A stretch of DNA of 64,000 nt from Clostridia bacterium (GCA_017539425.1 JAFYHA010000141.1:3839-67838), one strand, 5' to 3'. Counted from the first letter of the stretch, positions 21,068 to 30,566 are shown. Numbers and translations are program-made. The notes: generated by a model not told the origin, from the sequence alone.

Positions 21068-21096
21068 ATTGTATCGCATGCGCGCACAAAAGACAA
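21068..21096 (-). promoter_or_regulatory. putative sigma-A promoter of xylA (TTGTCT-17-TACAAT)
   Basis: Minus strand reads TTGTCTtttgtgcgcgcatgcgaTACAAT, about 30 nt upstream of the xylA ATG. Confidence 0.55.
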
Positions 21097-21135
21097 GCCC
21101 TTTTGAGATTACTTGCGCAAATCTCCGCCATAAGG

Positions 21136-21165
21136 CAAAAGGCACAGCCGGGGTCCGGCTGTGCC
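21136..21165 (-). terminator. rho-independent terminator after the solute-binding lipoprotein gene
   Basis: GGCACAGCCGG/CCGGCTGTGCC stem (about 10-11 bp), followed on the minus strand by TTTTG. Confidence 0.8.
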
Positions 21166-21199
21166 TTGGAACAGGTATCGATTATGAACCGGAGAGCAG

Positions 21200-22756
21200 T
21201 CATCCACCCATCAGGGCAAACTGTTCAATCGTCTTCTCCATATTGGTACGGAGAGCGGAAATGTTGGACTCGTAGCGGGAGGCAAAATTGGTCTGCCTTG
21301 CATCTCCCATTCCGCGCATCATTTCGGATACGCCCCAGGAGGCAACATAACCGAGATCATACCGGACAGATCCGATGATCAAGTCAAGCGTCGCACGGGA
21401 TTCTTCATCACGGACCGCTCTTCCCTGCAGGGTCACATCATAGAATGCAGGCGTCAGATAATTCTTCCCGATAGCGGACAACAGATCCAGCATCGCGCCA
21501 ACGAATTCGGGTTCCTGGATCGAGTTGGGCACCACCATAGTGGCGGCCACATGAGGATTGATACAAGTCAGATAATCTTCCTGATCTTCGTCAAACAGAG
21601 GCATACACAGCACACCGAAATTCGTCTCCATCGGTCTGGCGTCGATCACGGCATGGATCTCGGTGACGTCAAACACCGCATGATTGGTCTGGAACGAATG
21701 GTGATGGTCCGATACTTTGGGACTGCTTGCGGACGAAGACCGTGCGCATTCCGTGTTATACATCAGGTAGGCCAGCATGTCGATGGCATCCAACGTTTTA
21801 TCATTGTTGAAGTCCATAACCGGCTCATCCGAATCATTCTTCTTGGTAAACTCCACTCCAGCGCAAATCAGTGCAACCGGCATCATATCACCCTGGTAGA
21901 CCATTCCGAACAGGTCGTCTTCGGTCATTTCCCCGTTGCCGTCCAGATCCACGGAAACCGAATTGACCAGGTCGGCCATATATTCGATCGTCCATTCCCT
22001 GTTCTGCTGGACCTCATACAGATCCACGTCGTTCAGATGGTCGGTGACCAGTTTTTTATTGAACATCACGATCCCGAATGTGCGCATATACATCACACCG
22101 ATATCGCCGTACAGTCCGTAATTCTGACCCATTATGGAAAGTTGAGACCGACAGTTCTGATCCCACCAGGGCGCATCCAGCTGAATGGTTCCCATACCGT
22201 TCAATTCCACCAGATGCTCCTGCGTGGCCTGCTGAAACATCTGATGCGTGTTCAGATCAGCAGCCTGATACTCATCGTCTCCCGAAGCGATGGTGTTGAC
22301 CAGCTGGGAGAAGTCCCCGCCCCGACCGCCGTGCGCAATGATCAGATCGGCTCCGCTTTTCTCGGCAACATACATGTTCCGCTCATACACTGCGTCGTTG
22401 ATCGAATCACCGTTGATTGCCTCCGCGGTAAAATCGGTATCGTGCCAGTACTCGGACGTATCATCCGTATACGCAAAGAACGTAAAGGTTTTTCCAGTGA
22501 AAGGCGGCTCTTCGGGCAGTTCCGGTGTATACCAGGTCGTTCCGGACTCGTCTTCGCCCGGAGTCCCTGAGGTTTCAGGCTCGGTCTGCTTTCCGTCGCC
22601 GGAAGGTCCGGCTTTCGTTTCCTTGGAGCCTGGCGTATCGGGTGTGGCCGTACCGCACGCGACCGCCAGAGGAATCAAAAGAACCAAAGTCAAAATCAAT
22701 GCGATCAATCTGATTTTCATTTTGTTGCAGGTAACGGAATCCACCGCGTTACCCAT
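21200..22756 (-). CDS. extracellular solute-binding lipoprotein (large CUT1/LplA-like ABC substrate-binding family), orphan
   Basis: Signal peptide with lipobox MKIRLIALILTLVLLIPLAVAC-G, then a Ser/Thr/Pro/Glu-rich linker. Paralog of 51378..52916. The start is uncertain: ATG 22756, GTG 22744 or ATG 22720. No permease or ATPase genes are adjacent. Confidence 0.78.
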   Translation of the reverse strand: MGNAVDSVTCNKMKIRLIALILTLVLLIPLAVACGTATPDTPGSKETKAGPSGDGKQTEPETSGTPGEDESGTTWYTPELPEEPPFTGKTFTFFAYTDDTSEYWHDTDFTAEAINGDSINDAVYERNMYVAEKSGADLIIAHGGRGGDFSQLVNTIASGDDEYQAADLNTHQMFQQATQEHLVELNGMGTIQLDAPWWDQNCRSQLSIMGQNYGLYGDIGVMYMRTFGIVMFNKKLVTDHLNDVDLYEVQQNREWTIEYMADLVNSVSVDLDGNGEMTEDDLFGMVYQGDMMPVALICAGVEFTKKNDSDEPVMDFNNDKTLDAIDMLAYLMYNTECARSSSASSPKVSDHHHSFQTNHAVFDVTEIHAVIDARPMETNFGVLCMPLFDEDQEDYLTCINPHVAATMVVPNSIQEPEFVGAMLDLLSAIGKNYLTPAFYDVTLQGRAVRDEESRATLDLIIGSVRYDLGYVASWGVSEMMRGMGDARQTNFASRYESNISALRTNMEKTIEQFALMGG

Positions 22757-22816
22757 CCCTCCTTTGCAAAAACAGAATTCGTTACGATTGCCCTTAGTCA
22801 GTGCACCCGCAATCTC

Positions 22817-22845
22817 ATTATACTGGACATTCTGGTTTTTGTCCA
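22817..22845 (-). promoter_or_regulatory. putative sigma-A promoter (TGGACA-17-TATAAT) for the lipoprotein gene
   Basis: Minus strand reads TGGACAaaaaccagaatgtccagTATAAT. Confidence 0.5.
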
Positions 22846-22864
22846 GTAGTATGTCCTGTCCTTC

Positions 22865-23536
22865 TCATTCACTCTCGTCTGTCTCCAGGTAGAGTTCTTC
22901 CGCCTCCAGTAGCGCCTGAAGTGCCGGACCGCTGTCCAAGGGGATCCTCCGTTTCGCATGGCAAACCGGGCACTCAATCTCCAGTTCTCCGTCTCCGGAC
23001 GTCACATCGAACGCTTTGCCCTGTCCCTCCGGGCATCTGCAGCGGATCTTTCCGTCTTCCACCAGTTCTTCCAGGACCTGCATAACCGCGACGCCGTTTT
23101 CCAGTTCCATACCGGCTGCCCCCGTTTTCCTGCCTGTTTGTTCGGGATGAAACGCTTCAAAGCTGTCGATGCCCATTTCCTGCATCGTATTGAGAAGTTT
23201 CAGCTCAGATTCGGCCAAAGCAGCCTTGACCGAGTTGATTTCCCCAAGAAAGCAAATGTCAAGCCCGGAAAACGGGCACGGAAGCGAGACCACGTCCGCA
23301 TTCTCAAGCAGAGATGCCTGTACTGTGAACGTATGCGGCGTTCCGCACAGCACGCATGGCACACTCAGGCTCAGCTTGCCAGCATTGTTCTTGTTTATGA
23401 TGAGTGAACTGTTTCTGCATGTGCAGTTCAGCCTGAACTCAGCCCCGGGAAGTTTGATCACATCCGCAGGACCGATGACCCCGGTCCCGCATTTCGGACA
23501 CCGGTATGCAATACAGCGTTCGGTGGTTTTACTCAT
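22865..23536 (-). CDS. hypothetical Cys-rich (multiple CxxC zinc-ribbon-like) cytoplasmic protein
   Basis: 223 aa. CxxC pairs CPKCGTG, CVLCGTP and CPVCHAK, plus CTC, CRC and CPFSGLDIC. Acidic C-terminus. I recognise no family. Confidence 0.6.
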   Translation of the reverse strand: MSKTTERCIAYRCPKCGTGVIGPADVIKLPGAEFRLNCTCRNSSLIINKNNAGKLSLSVPCVLCGTPHTFTVQASLLENADVVSLPCPFSGLDICFLGEINSVKAALAESELKLLNTMQEMGIDSFEAFHPEQTGRKTGAAGMELENGVAVMQVLEELVEDGKIRCRCPEGQGKAFDVTSGDGELEIECPVCHAKRRIPLDSGPALQALLEAEELYLETDESE

Positions 23537-23593
23537 TTTTTCTTTCTCCTTTGAAAAAGAGGCAAGGAGTGAACCTTACCTCTTTCCCTGTGA

Positions 23594-25381
23594 TTATTTC
23601 GTGATCTTGTAAACCGGAGCCTCGTTGATGGTCACCGTCGTAGCGGTTTTCGATTCCTCGAACCAGTTTGTCATATGGTCGTCGATCATCGCATTGGCCA
23701 CTTTAAGATACCAGGTTTCATAGGATTCGGACAGGAGTTTGATCACTGTGTAGAATTCGGTTGTGCTGTCCGAACTGGTGTAGGACGAATCAATCAGGTC
23801 AACAGTTCCTACGTCAACACCGCTGTACGCCCAGTCATCCGTCCCGGTATACGCACATTCGCCCTTGAGGACATCCTCAAGTTTGATATAGGACGCGCTC
23901 GTATATTTCAACTCGTCAAGGACCTCTTCCATAGTCTTGGTGGAACCTTCAAATGCTTCCTTGAACGTCTTGGCAGCCGTCTCGGCGTCCACGGTCTCCT
24001 CAGTATCCTCGCCCTTGGGGAACTTGTAGGTCTTGGGGAACAGCACCATCTCAAAGGTCTTGGCTTTTTCTTTGTTCACATCAGCTGCGCGGGTCAGCAT
24101 ATAGACGGTAGCCTTGTAGGAATCCTCTTTGTCGGCTTCGATGGTCTTCACGCTGTTTACCGCGGCGGCTTCAGTCTTCTGCGGTTCTGCACCGGATTCC
24201 AGGTCCGGATCGTATACGTAACCGAACATCCAGCAGTCCTGCTCGTTGGTTGTAGTGCAGGTGTGGTCTTTAGTCTCGATCCTATCCATCCGATCCTTTA
24301 CCAGGTCCTTGATGGTCTCGTTTTCACCCGGTGTCAGGGTTTCGGTCAGATAAGCTTCCAGCCAGGCCTTGTACTCTTCCGGGGTCGTCGTTGCAGCCAG
24401 AGCCGCGGCGTTCTCGATTGCTTTGGCCTTATCTTCCGCAAACTTTTCGTTGGCTTCAGCCACGGCGGCATTGTATTCCTCATCCGTCTCGTAGTCGGTC
24501 TTCTGGACTGTTGTCTTCTCCACGGAGAACACATAGGACAAATAGTCCGTGGTCACATAGGACTTCTCGTGCTCGGCCAGATAGGCATTGATACCGGTTT
24601 CGTCGGCTTTAATGCCGTCGAAACTCTTGTCGTAATACCAGTTATAATACTTGGAGGCCAGATGCTGGATCTCCTGCATGCGGTAGATATCCTTGTCATT
24701 GACACCTTTTCCGTACACGCCGGCCAGATAGGCTTTGTAAGAGGAGTAGTACTGCTGGTTGGTCCCGTACATCTCATTGATGTAATCGTAATAGGACTTG
24801 TAATACTCGTACACACTCTTGACTGAGTCAACGGCCTGCTGGATCTCCGCACGGTCGTCTTCAGTCAGCGTCGCGTCAAAATCAGGGTCCGCGACAGCGG
24901 CCTCGGCATAGACCAGTAAAGTCTGTGCATTGCTGAGGCTCAGTTCAGCAAAATAGTCAAACCAGGTTTTGACATTTTCGCTGTGATTGAGATACATGGA
25001 TTCATAACCGGAACCGAACTCCTGGGATTTCCAGGTCGCTCCCGTTTTGAAAGAAAAGTTCGACATCAGCTGCTGATACGAACTGTACCAGTTTTCGTAT
25101 GTGAACTGCAGATAATAGGTCATCATCGCGGCATCGACCTTATAATGATCGGATTTCAATACGGTCTGATTGCGAAGAAAGACGCCATTGTTCGAAAGCA
25201 AGGACAGCGTCAACGCGGTAAGGATGGCGACCACGACCACAATCACGATGGCCAGCATAATGAAGGTCGTCTTATCGCCGTTCTTTCTGGTCTTCTTTTC
25301 CTTTGCCTTCTTTTCAGCCTGCGCCGGATTGTCAATTTCAGCCTGCAGGCGGTTCAGTCGACTTCTAGAGCCTTTTCCCAT
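23594..25381 (-). CDS. hypothetical membrane-anchored protein with a large extracytoplasmic Tyr/Glu/Asp-rich domain
   Basis: 595 aa. Basic N-terminus (KKAKEKKTRKNGDK), a single TM (FIMLAIVIVVVVAILTALTLSLL), then about 530 aa with no motif I recognise. Lies 32 nt downstream of rnj. Confidence 0.65.
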   Translation of the reverse strand: MGKGSRSRLNRLQAEIDNPAQAEKKAKEKKTRKNGDKTTFIMLAIVIVVVVAILTALTLSLLSNNGVFLRNQTVLKSDHYKVDAAMMTYYLQFTYENWYSSYQQLMSNFSFKTGATWKSQEFGSGYESMYLNHSENVKTWFDYFAELSLSNAQTLLVYAEAAVADPDFDATLTEDDRAEIQQAVDSVKSVYEYYKSYYDYINEMYGTNQQYYSSYKAYLAGVYGKGVNDKDIYRMQEIQHLASKYYNWYYDKSFDGIKADETGINAYLAEHEKSYVTTDYLSYVFSVEKTTVQKTDYETDEEYNAAVAEANEKFAEDKAKAIENAAALAATTTPEEYKAWLEAYLTETLTPGENETIKDLVKDRMDRIETKDHTCTTTNEQDCWMFGYVYDPDLESGAEPQKTEAAAVNSVKTIEADKEDSYKATVYMLTRAADVNKEKAKTFEMVLFPKTYKFPKGEDTEETVDAETAAKTFKEAFEGSTKTMEEVLDELKYTSASYIKLEDVLKGECAYTGTDDWAYSGVDVGTVDLIDSSYTSSDSTTEFYTVIKLLSESYETWYLKVANAMIDDHMTNWFEESKTATTVTINEAPVYKITK

Positions 25382-25413
25382 AACTCATTTCCACCTTTAA
25401 AAAGTTTACATTG

Positions 25414-27111
25414 TTATACATTCATAATGACGGGCAGGATCATGGGCTTGCGGCCCAGTTTCCTGAACAGATACTGCCCGAGTGATTCCTTGACCTCGTT
25501 CTTGATGGTCATCCGGTCCAGGGGGTTGTCCCTGAGTGTCTTCAGGATGACTTTCGTGGTCAGCTCCCGGATCTCCTCAATCAGGTCTTCGGATTCCCGG
25601 ACATACACAAATCCTCGGGTTGTGATATCCGGTCCGGAGATCAGCGCCTGCTCATAGGCATCAATCGTGGCTACCACGACAATCAAGCCATCCTGAGACA
25701 AATGCCGCCGGTCTCTCAACACTACATCTCCGACGTCCCCGACGCCCGTTCCGTCCACCATCACGTTTCCGGCCGTAACTTTTTCAGCAAAGCTTGCCGA
25801 GTTATCGGTAATCTCCAACACGGAACCGATCTCGCCCAGAAAAATGCGGTCCGGACTCATTCCCATCTGCTTGGCCAGCTCGCGATGCGCCGTCAGATGA
25901 CGGAATTCTCCGTGAACAGGCATAAAGTATTTGGGCCTGAGCAGGGCATGCATCAGTTTCAGTTCCTCTTGGCAGGCATGTCCCGAGACATGGACAGCAA
26001 GAGATGCATCATTGATGACCTTGATCCCCTTGCGAGAGAGCTCGTTGATAATGTTTCCGATCGTCTTTTCGTTACCCGGTATCGCGCTTGACGAAAGCAC
26101 GATCACGTCATTGGGATTGATTTTGACCTGCGCATGCTCGTTGAACGTCATCCTGTGCAGCGCGCTCATCGGTTCTCCCTGGCTACCGGTCGTAATCAGG
26201 GTGATATTTTCCGGCTTATACCGCCGGATCTCGCTGACATCGACCAAAACGCCTTCCGGAACGGTCATATATCCCAGTTCGATCGCGGCAGCCAGAATAT
26301 TCAGCATACTCCGGCCGGTCACGGCAACCTTGCGGCCGTGCTTGACGCTGATGTCAATGATCTGCTGCACCCGATGCACATTGGATGAAAAAGTAGCGAT
26401 CACGATCCGCCTGTCTGAATGCATTCTGAAAATGTACTCCAGAGAAGCGCCGACCGTTTTTTCGGACGGAGAATACCCGGGGCGCTCGGCGTTCGTGGAT
26501 TCGCACATCAGCAAAAGAACGCCTTCTTTCCCGATCTCACCCAATCTGGCCAGATCCATAACATCGCCTTCGATTGGGGTCAGATCCAGTTTGAAGTCTC
26601 CTGAGTGGACCAACGTTCCGACGGGTGTATGCACTGCAAGACAGCATGCATCCGCAATGGAATGGTTCACATGTATGAATTCCACCGAAAAATGTCCGCA
26701 TTTCACGACATCTCCCGGTTTTACGACTCTTAGATCCGGAACAGAGGGCAGAGTCACTTCCTTGAGTTTGTTCCGTATGATTCCCACGGTCAGTCCGGTA
26801 CCGTAAATCGGAGGGTTGATAGTTCTGAGTACAAACGGAATCGCACCGATGTGATCTTCGTGCCCGTGAGTCAGAAACAACCCTTTGATCTTGTCTTTCC
26901 GCTCTTCCAGGTAGGTGATATCGGGAATGACAAGATCGATTCCCGGCATATCCTCATCTGGAAAGCCGAGTCCGCAATCAATGATAATGATTTCATCATC
27001 GTACTCGATGACGGTTATATTCTTTCCGATTTCGCCCAGACCGCCCAGAGGAATGACCCGCAGTTTCGGATGCTGCACTTTGGTCTTTCTTCGTTTTGCA
27101 GTTTGTGGCAT
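25414..27111 (-). CDS. rnj: ribonuclease J
   Basis: The track ORF is over-extended. The start is MPQTAKRRKTKVQHPKLRVIPLGGLGEIGKN at 27111. Metallo-beta-lactamase motif LTHGHEDHIGA, then beta-CASP and the C-terminal domain. Product is 565 aa. Confidence 0.93.
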   Translation of the reverse strand: MPQTAKRRKTKVQHPKLRVIPLGGLGEIGKNITVIEYDDEIIIIDCGLGFPDEDMPGIDLVIPDITYLEERKDKIKGLFLTHGHEDHIGAIPFVLRTINPPIYGTGLTVGIIRNKLKEVTLPSVPDLRVVKPGDVVKCGHFSVEFIHVNHSIADACCLAVHTPVGTLVHSGDFKLDLTPIEGDVMDLARLGEIGKEGVLLLMCESTNAERPGYSPSEKTVGASLEYIFRMHSDRRIVIATFSSNVHRVQQIIDISVKHGRKVAVTGRSMLNILAAAIELGYMTVPEGVLVDVSEIRRYKPENITLITTGSQGEPMSALHRMTFNEHAQVKINPNDVIVLSSSAIPGNEKTIGNIINELSRKGIKVINDASLAVHVSGHACQEELKLMHALLRPKYFMPVHGEFRHLTAHRELAKQMGMSPDRIFLGEIGSVLEITDNSASFAEKVTAGNVMVDGTGVGDVGDVVLRDRRHLSQDGLIVVVATIDAYEQALISGPDITTRGFVYVRESEDLIEEIRELTTKVILKTLRDNPLDRMTIKNEVKESLGQYLFRKLGRKPMILPVIMNV

Positions 27112-27303
27112 AGTCTTCCTTTTCTTATCCGGCTTCCGGCTACCCGGCGGCAGTTCATCAGCCTTCAAAAACCAGTTATTTAGAAAAATGCTATCTTTGC
27201 GCCCACAGGCAGAAAAAAGCATTTTATATAATAGCACATTTTAGAAAAAAAAGCAAGCCCTGTATTCCCGCCTTCCGACGGCTCGTTGGACTTTTTCCAC
27301 TAA

Positions 27304-27332
27304 TTGACAATTGTGGATGTGAATGGTATACT
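27304..27332 (+). promoter_or_regulatory. putative sigma-A promoter (TTGACA-17-TATACT) for the abrB-like/galK operon
   Basis: TTGACAattgtggatgtgaatggTATACT lies about 58 nt upstream of the ATG at 27390. Confidence 0.65.
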
Positions 27333-27389
27333 CATATAGGCGTCGCATCCCTCCGCGGCGACTTGGAAACCTTTTGAAAGGATCATTCG

Positions 27390-27635
27390 ATGAAAGCAAC
27401 CGGTATCACCAGAAAGTTGGATGAACTGGGACGGATCGTTCTTCCCATCAGCATCCGAGACGAGTTTGACCTCAAGGAAAAAGACCCCGTGGAGATTTAC
27501 ACGGACGATGACAAGATCATACTCAAGAAATATCATCCGGCCTGCATATTCTGTGGAAATGCGGATGATGTAATCTACTATCGGGACAAGCGCATCTGCT
27601 CCGCTTGCCTGTCTGAACTGAAGTCCAAATTTTGA
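27390..27635 (+). CDS. AbrB/MazE/SpoVT family DNA-binding protein with a C-terminal CxxC...CxxC zinc-ribbon tail
   Basis: 81 aa. MKATGITRKLDELGRIVLPISIRDEFDL...IILKKY is the AbrB swapped-hairpin N-domain. The tail is ACIFCGN...RICSACL. Confidence 0.9.
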   Translation: MKATGITRKLDELGRIVLPISIRDEFDLKEKDPVEIYTDDDKIILKKYHPACIFCGNADDVIYYRDKRICSACLSELKSKF

Positions 27636-27643
27636 GGCCTCAT

Positions 27644-28939
27644 ATGTATTTTTCTTATCCGTTCATACAAGAACATCTGTCCGTTCTCTATGACGGCACC
27701 GAACTGTCCAGACAGGCCGAACGGACCGCTGCCGCTCTGCACCGTTTTTCGGAATTGTATGATCCGTCCGAAAAGAAGAAAGTCTGCGTTTTTTCGGTTC
27801 CGGGGCGCAGCGAACTGTCCGGAAACCACACAGATCACAACCGAGGCTGTGTTCTGGCCGCCACCATCAGTCAGGATATGCTGGCCGTAGTATCCCCAAG
27901 GGACGACAACCAGATCCGGTTTACCAGTGAAGGGATTGGGGAAATCTGCACAAATGTAGAAAAAAGCGCCCCGGATCCCGCTCAGTTTGGGACATCCCTG
28001 GCCTTGATACGCGGCATATGTACCCAGTTTCTTGAGCACGGAATCGTGCTTTCCGGTTTTGACGCTTACCTGACCTCGGAGGTCCTCCCCGGAAGCGGTC
28101 TGTCTTCTTCAGCCGCTTTTGAAGTGATGGTCGGATCGATTTTGAATTCCCTATTTGCAAGCGACTCTTTTTCGGAAATCGAGATTGCACGGATGGCTCA
28201 GCGTGCGGAGAATGTCTTTTTTGGAAAGCCTTGCGGCCTTCTGGATCAAACGGCCTGCAGCATGGGGGGAATCGTATTTATGGATTTCCAGGATCCGGCA
28301 AACCCCGTAACCGAGAGAATACCCTTCCGGCTGACCGATCGGGGATATGCCCTCTGCATTACCAACACGGGTGGAAGTCATGCCAACCTGACCCAGGATT
28401 ACGCGGCCATTCCGGCTGAAATGAAATCCGTGGCCGGTGCCTTAGGCAAGGAATTCCTGCGGGAGGTTGCCCCCGCGGACTTCTTCGCCGCTCTTCCGAA
28501 GCTGATCCGTACCCTGCCCCCGCGAGCGGTGCTGCGTGCTTTTCACTTCTTTGCTGAAAACGAGCGGGTGCTTAGACAGAAAGATGCCCTGGACAGAGGC
28601 GACCTGGTCGCTTTCCTGGATCTGGTCCGCAGGTCCGGGCAATCCTCTTTCTGCTATTTGCAAAACGTGTTTTCCTCCGCACATCCGGAAGAACAGAACC
28701 TGTCAGTCGCGCTGGCTCTTTCCGAGCACATACTCGAGGGTTGCCACGAGCCGTCCGCCTGCCGGGTGCACGGTGGCGGCTTCGCAGGAACCATCCAAGC
28801 CTTCGTGCCCTGCTCTTTCGCAACCACATATCAGAACGAAATGGACCGGGTGTTCGGAAGCGGAAGCTGTAAGATCCTGAATGTACGCGAACAGGGTGCC
28901 GTACGCCTGATTGATGGAGAATCCGCATGCTCGCCGTAA
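27644..28939 (+). CDS. galK: galactokinase-family GHMP sugar kinase
   Basis: GalK signature GRSELSGNHTDHN and GHMP ATP motif PGSGLSSSAAFEV. I prefer the ATG at 27644 (GAGG 6 nt upstream) over the TTG at 27632. Confidence 0.86.
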   Translation: MYFSYPFIQEHLSVLYDGTELSRQAERTAAALHRFSELYDPSEKKKVCVFSVPGRSELSGNHTDHNRGCVLAATISQDMLAVVSPRDDNQIRFTSEGIGEICTNVEKSAPDPAQFGTSLALIRGICTQFLEHGIVLSGFDAYLTSEVLPGSGLSSSAAFEVMVGSILNSLFASDSFSEIEIARMAQRAENVFFGKPCGLLDQTACSMGGIVFMDFQDPANPVTERIPFRLTDRGYALCITNTGGSHANLTQDYAAIPAEMKSVAGALGKEFLREVAPADFFAALPKLIRTLPPRAVLRAFHFFAENERVLRQKDALDRGDLVAFLDLVRRSGQSSFCYLQNVFSSAHPEEQNLSVALALSEHILEGCHEPSACRVHGGGFAGTIQAFVPCSFATTYQNEMDRVFGSGSCKILNVREQGAVRLIDGESACSP

Positions 28940-29406
28940 AGCTGATTACGGTCGGAACGCTGAAGGAGCCCTATCTCCGCGATGCCTTTGACGAATACGC
29001 AAAAAGACTGTCCCCTTTCTGTAATCTCAAGACCGTTCAGTTAAAGGAAGCCAGATTGCCTCAGGATCCTTCCCAGGCTCAGATCAGACAGGCTCTGGAG
29101 GCCGAAGCCGGCGAGATCCTCGCACAAATCGGCCCCAAGGCCAAACTGATCGCGCTGTGCATCGAGGGACAGGAGTTTTCCTCAGAAACACTGGCCGCCG
29201 CGCTGGCCGGGTGGATGCAGACGACCGGTGAACTGTGTCTGGCCGTCGGGTCCGCGTTCGGTCTGTCGGATACGGTCAAGGCCCGCGCAGACCTGAATCT
29301 CTCCTTAAGCCGGCTCACCTTTTCCCATCAGCTGGCCCGCGTGCTGCTGATGGAAGTCCTGTACCGTTCTTTTTCCATTCTGCACGGCGGACATTACCAC
29401 AAATAG
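28927..29406 (+). CDS. rlmH: 23S rRNA (pseudouridine1915-N3)-methyltransferase RlmH
   Basis: 159 aa SPOUT protein. LITVGTLKEPYLRDAFDEYAKRL at the N-terminus, and a C-terminal LSLSRLTFSHQLARVLLMEVLYRSFSILHGGHYHK. Confidence 0.92.
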   Translation: MLAVKLITVGTLKEPYLRDAFDEYAKRLSPFCNLKTVQLKEARLPQDPSQAQIRQALEAEAGEILAQIGPKAKLIALCIEGQEFSSETLAAALAGWMQTTGELCLAVGSAFGLSDTVKARADLNLSLSRLTFSHQLARVLLMEVLYRSFSILHGGHYHK

Positions 29407-29471
29407 ACCGGTTTTCGGCCGGTCATCTTCCGGAATAATCTATTTTTCAAAACTCAAAAGAGGAATATGCT

Positions 29472-30566
29472 ATGAAACTTGGGATTGTCGGATTGCCGAA
29501 TGTCGGCAAGAGCACCCTTTTTAATGCCCTGACCAACGCCGGGGCCGAATCCGCAAACTATCCGTTCTGTACCATTGACCCCAACGTAGGAGTCGTTACC
29601 GTCCCGGATGCCCGTCTGGACGTTCTGGCCGAAATGTATCATCCTGAAAAGTACACCCCTGCCGTCATCGAATTCGTGGATATCGCAGGTCTTGTCAAAG
29701 GCGCTTCCCAGGGAGAAGGCCTGGGCAATAAATTCCTTTCCCATATCCGCGAGGTCGACGCGATCGTACACGTCGTGCGTTGCTTCGAGGATTCCAACAT
29801 CATTCACGTGGACGGTTCTGTGGACCCAGTTCGCGATGTCGAGACGATTACGATGGAACTCATCTTCGCGGATATGGAAATGCTGGAGCGCAGGATCGAC
29901 CGTGCCAAAAAGGCCCTCAGAGGAGACAAGACCGTGGCCGGAGAACTGGCCACATTGGAAAAACTGCTGGCCCATCTAGAAGCGGGACATACCGCCCGCT
30001 CCCTTGGGCTGTCCGAAGACGAGGCCGCCTGCCTGACCGATACGCCGCTTCTGACGATGAAACCTGTGCTTTATGTGGCCAATGTGGATGAAGAGCATGC
30101 GGCATCCGAGCCCTTGGACAACGAAAAATATATGAAACTCAAGGCTTTTGCTGAATCCGAACATTCGGAAATCATTGCGATCTGCTGCGGGATCGAAGCG
30201 GAGATCGCTCAATTGGATCCTGACGAGAAAGCCATGTTCCTGGAAGACCTAGGCATCCGGGAAAGCGGTCTGAACCGTCTGATCCGTTCCAGTTACGCCC
30301 TGCTGGGCTATATCAGCTTTCTCACCGCCGGCCCCCAGGAAGTCCGTGCCTGGACCATAGTCAAAGGCACAAAAGCCCCTCAGGCCGCCGGAAAGATCCA
30401 CAGCGATTTCGAACGGGGGTTCATCCGCGCAGAGATTGTCTCATTCGAGGACCTGAAAAAGTACGGTTCCATTGCAGCCGCCAAGGAAGCAGGTGTCTAC
30501 CGCAGCGAGGGCAAGGAATACGTGATGAAAGACGGCGACGTGGTACTCTTCCGATTCAATGTCTGA
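29472..30566 (+). CDS. ychF: redox-regulated ATPase YchF
   Basis: 364 aa. [21 protein letters not shown], and a C-terminal TGS-like region [17 protein letters not shown]. Confidence 0.96.
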   Translation: MKLGIVGLPNVGKSTLFNALTNAGAESANYPFCTIDPNVGVVTVPDARLDVLAEMYHPEKYTPAVIEFVDIAGLVKGASQGEGLGNKFLSHIREVDAIVHVVRCFEDSNIIHVDGSVDPVRDVETITMELIFADMEMLERRIDRAKKALRGDKTVAGELATLEKLLAHLEAGHTARSLGLSEDEAACLTDTPLLTMKPVLYVANVDEEHAASEPLDNEKYMKLKAFAESEHSEIIAICCGIEAEIAQLDPDEKAMFLEDLGIRESGLNRLIRSSYALLGYISFLTAGPQEVRAWTIVKGTKAPQAAGKIHSDFERGFIRAEIVSFEDLKKYGSIAAAKEAGVYRSEGKEYVMKDGDVVLFRFNV

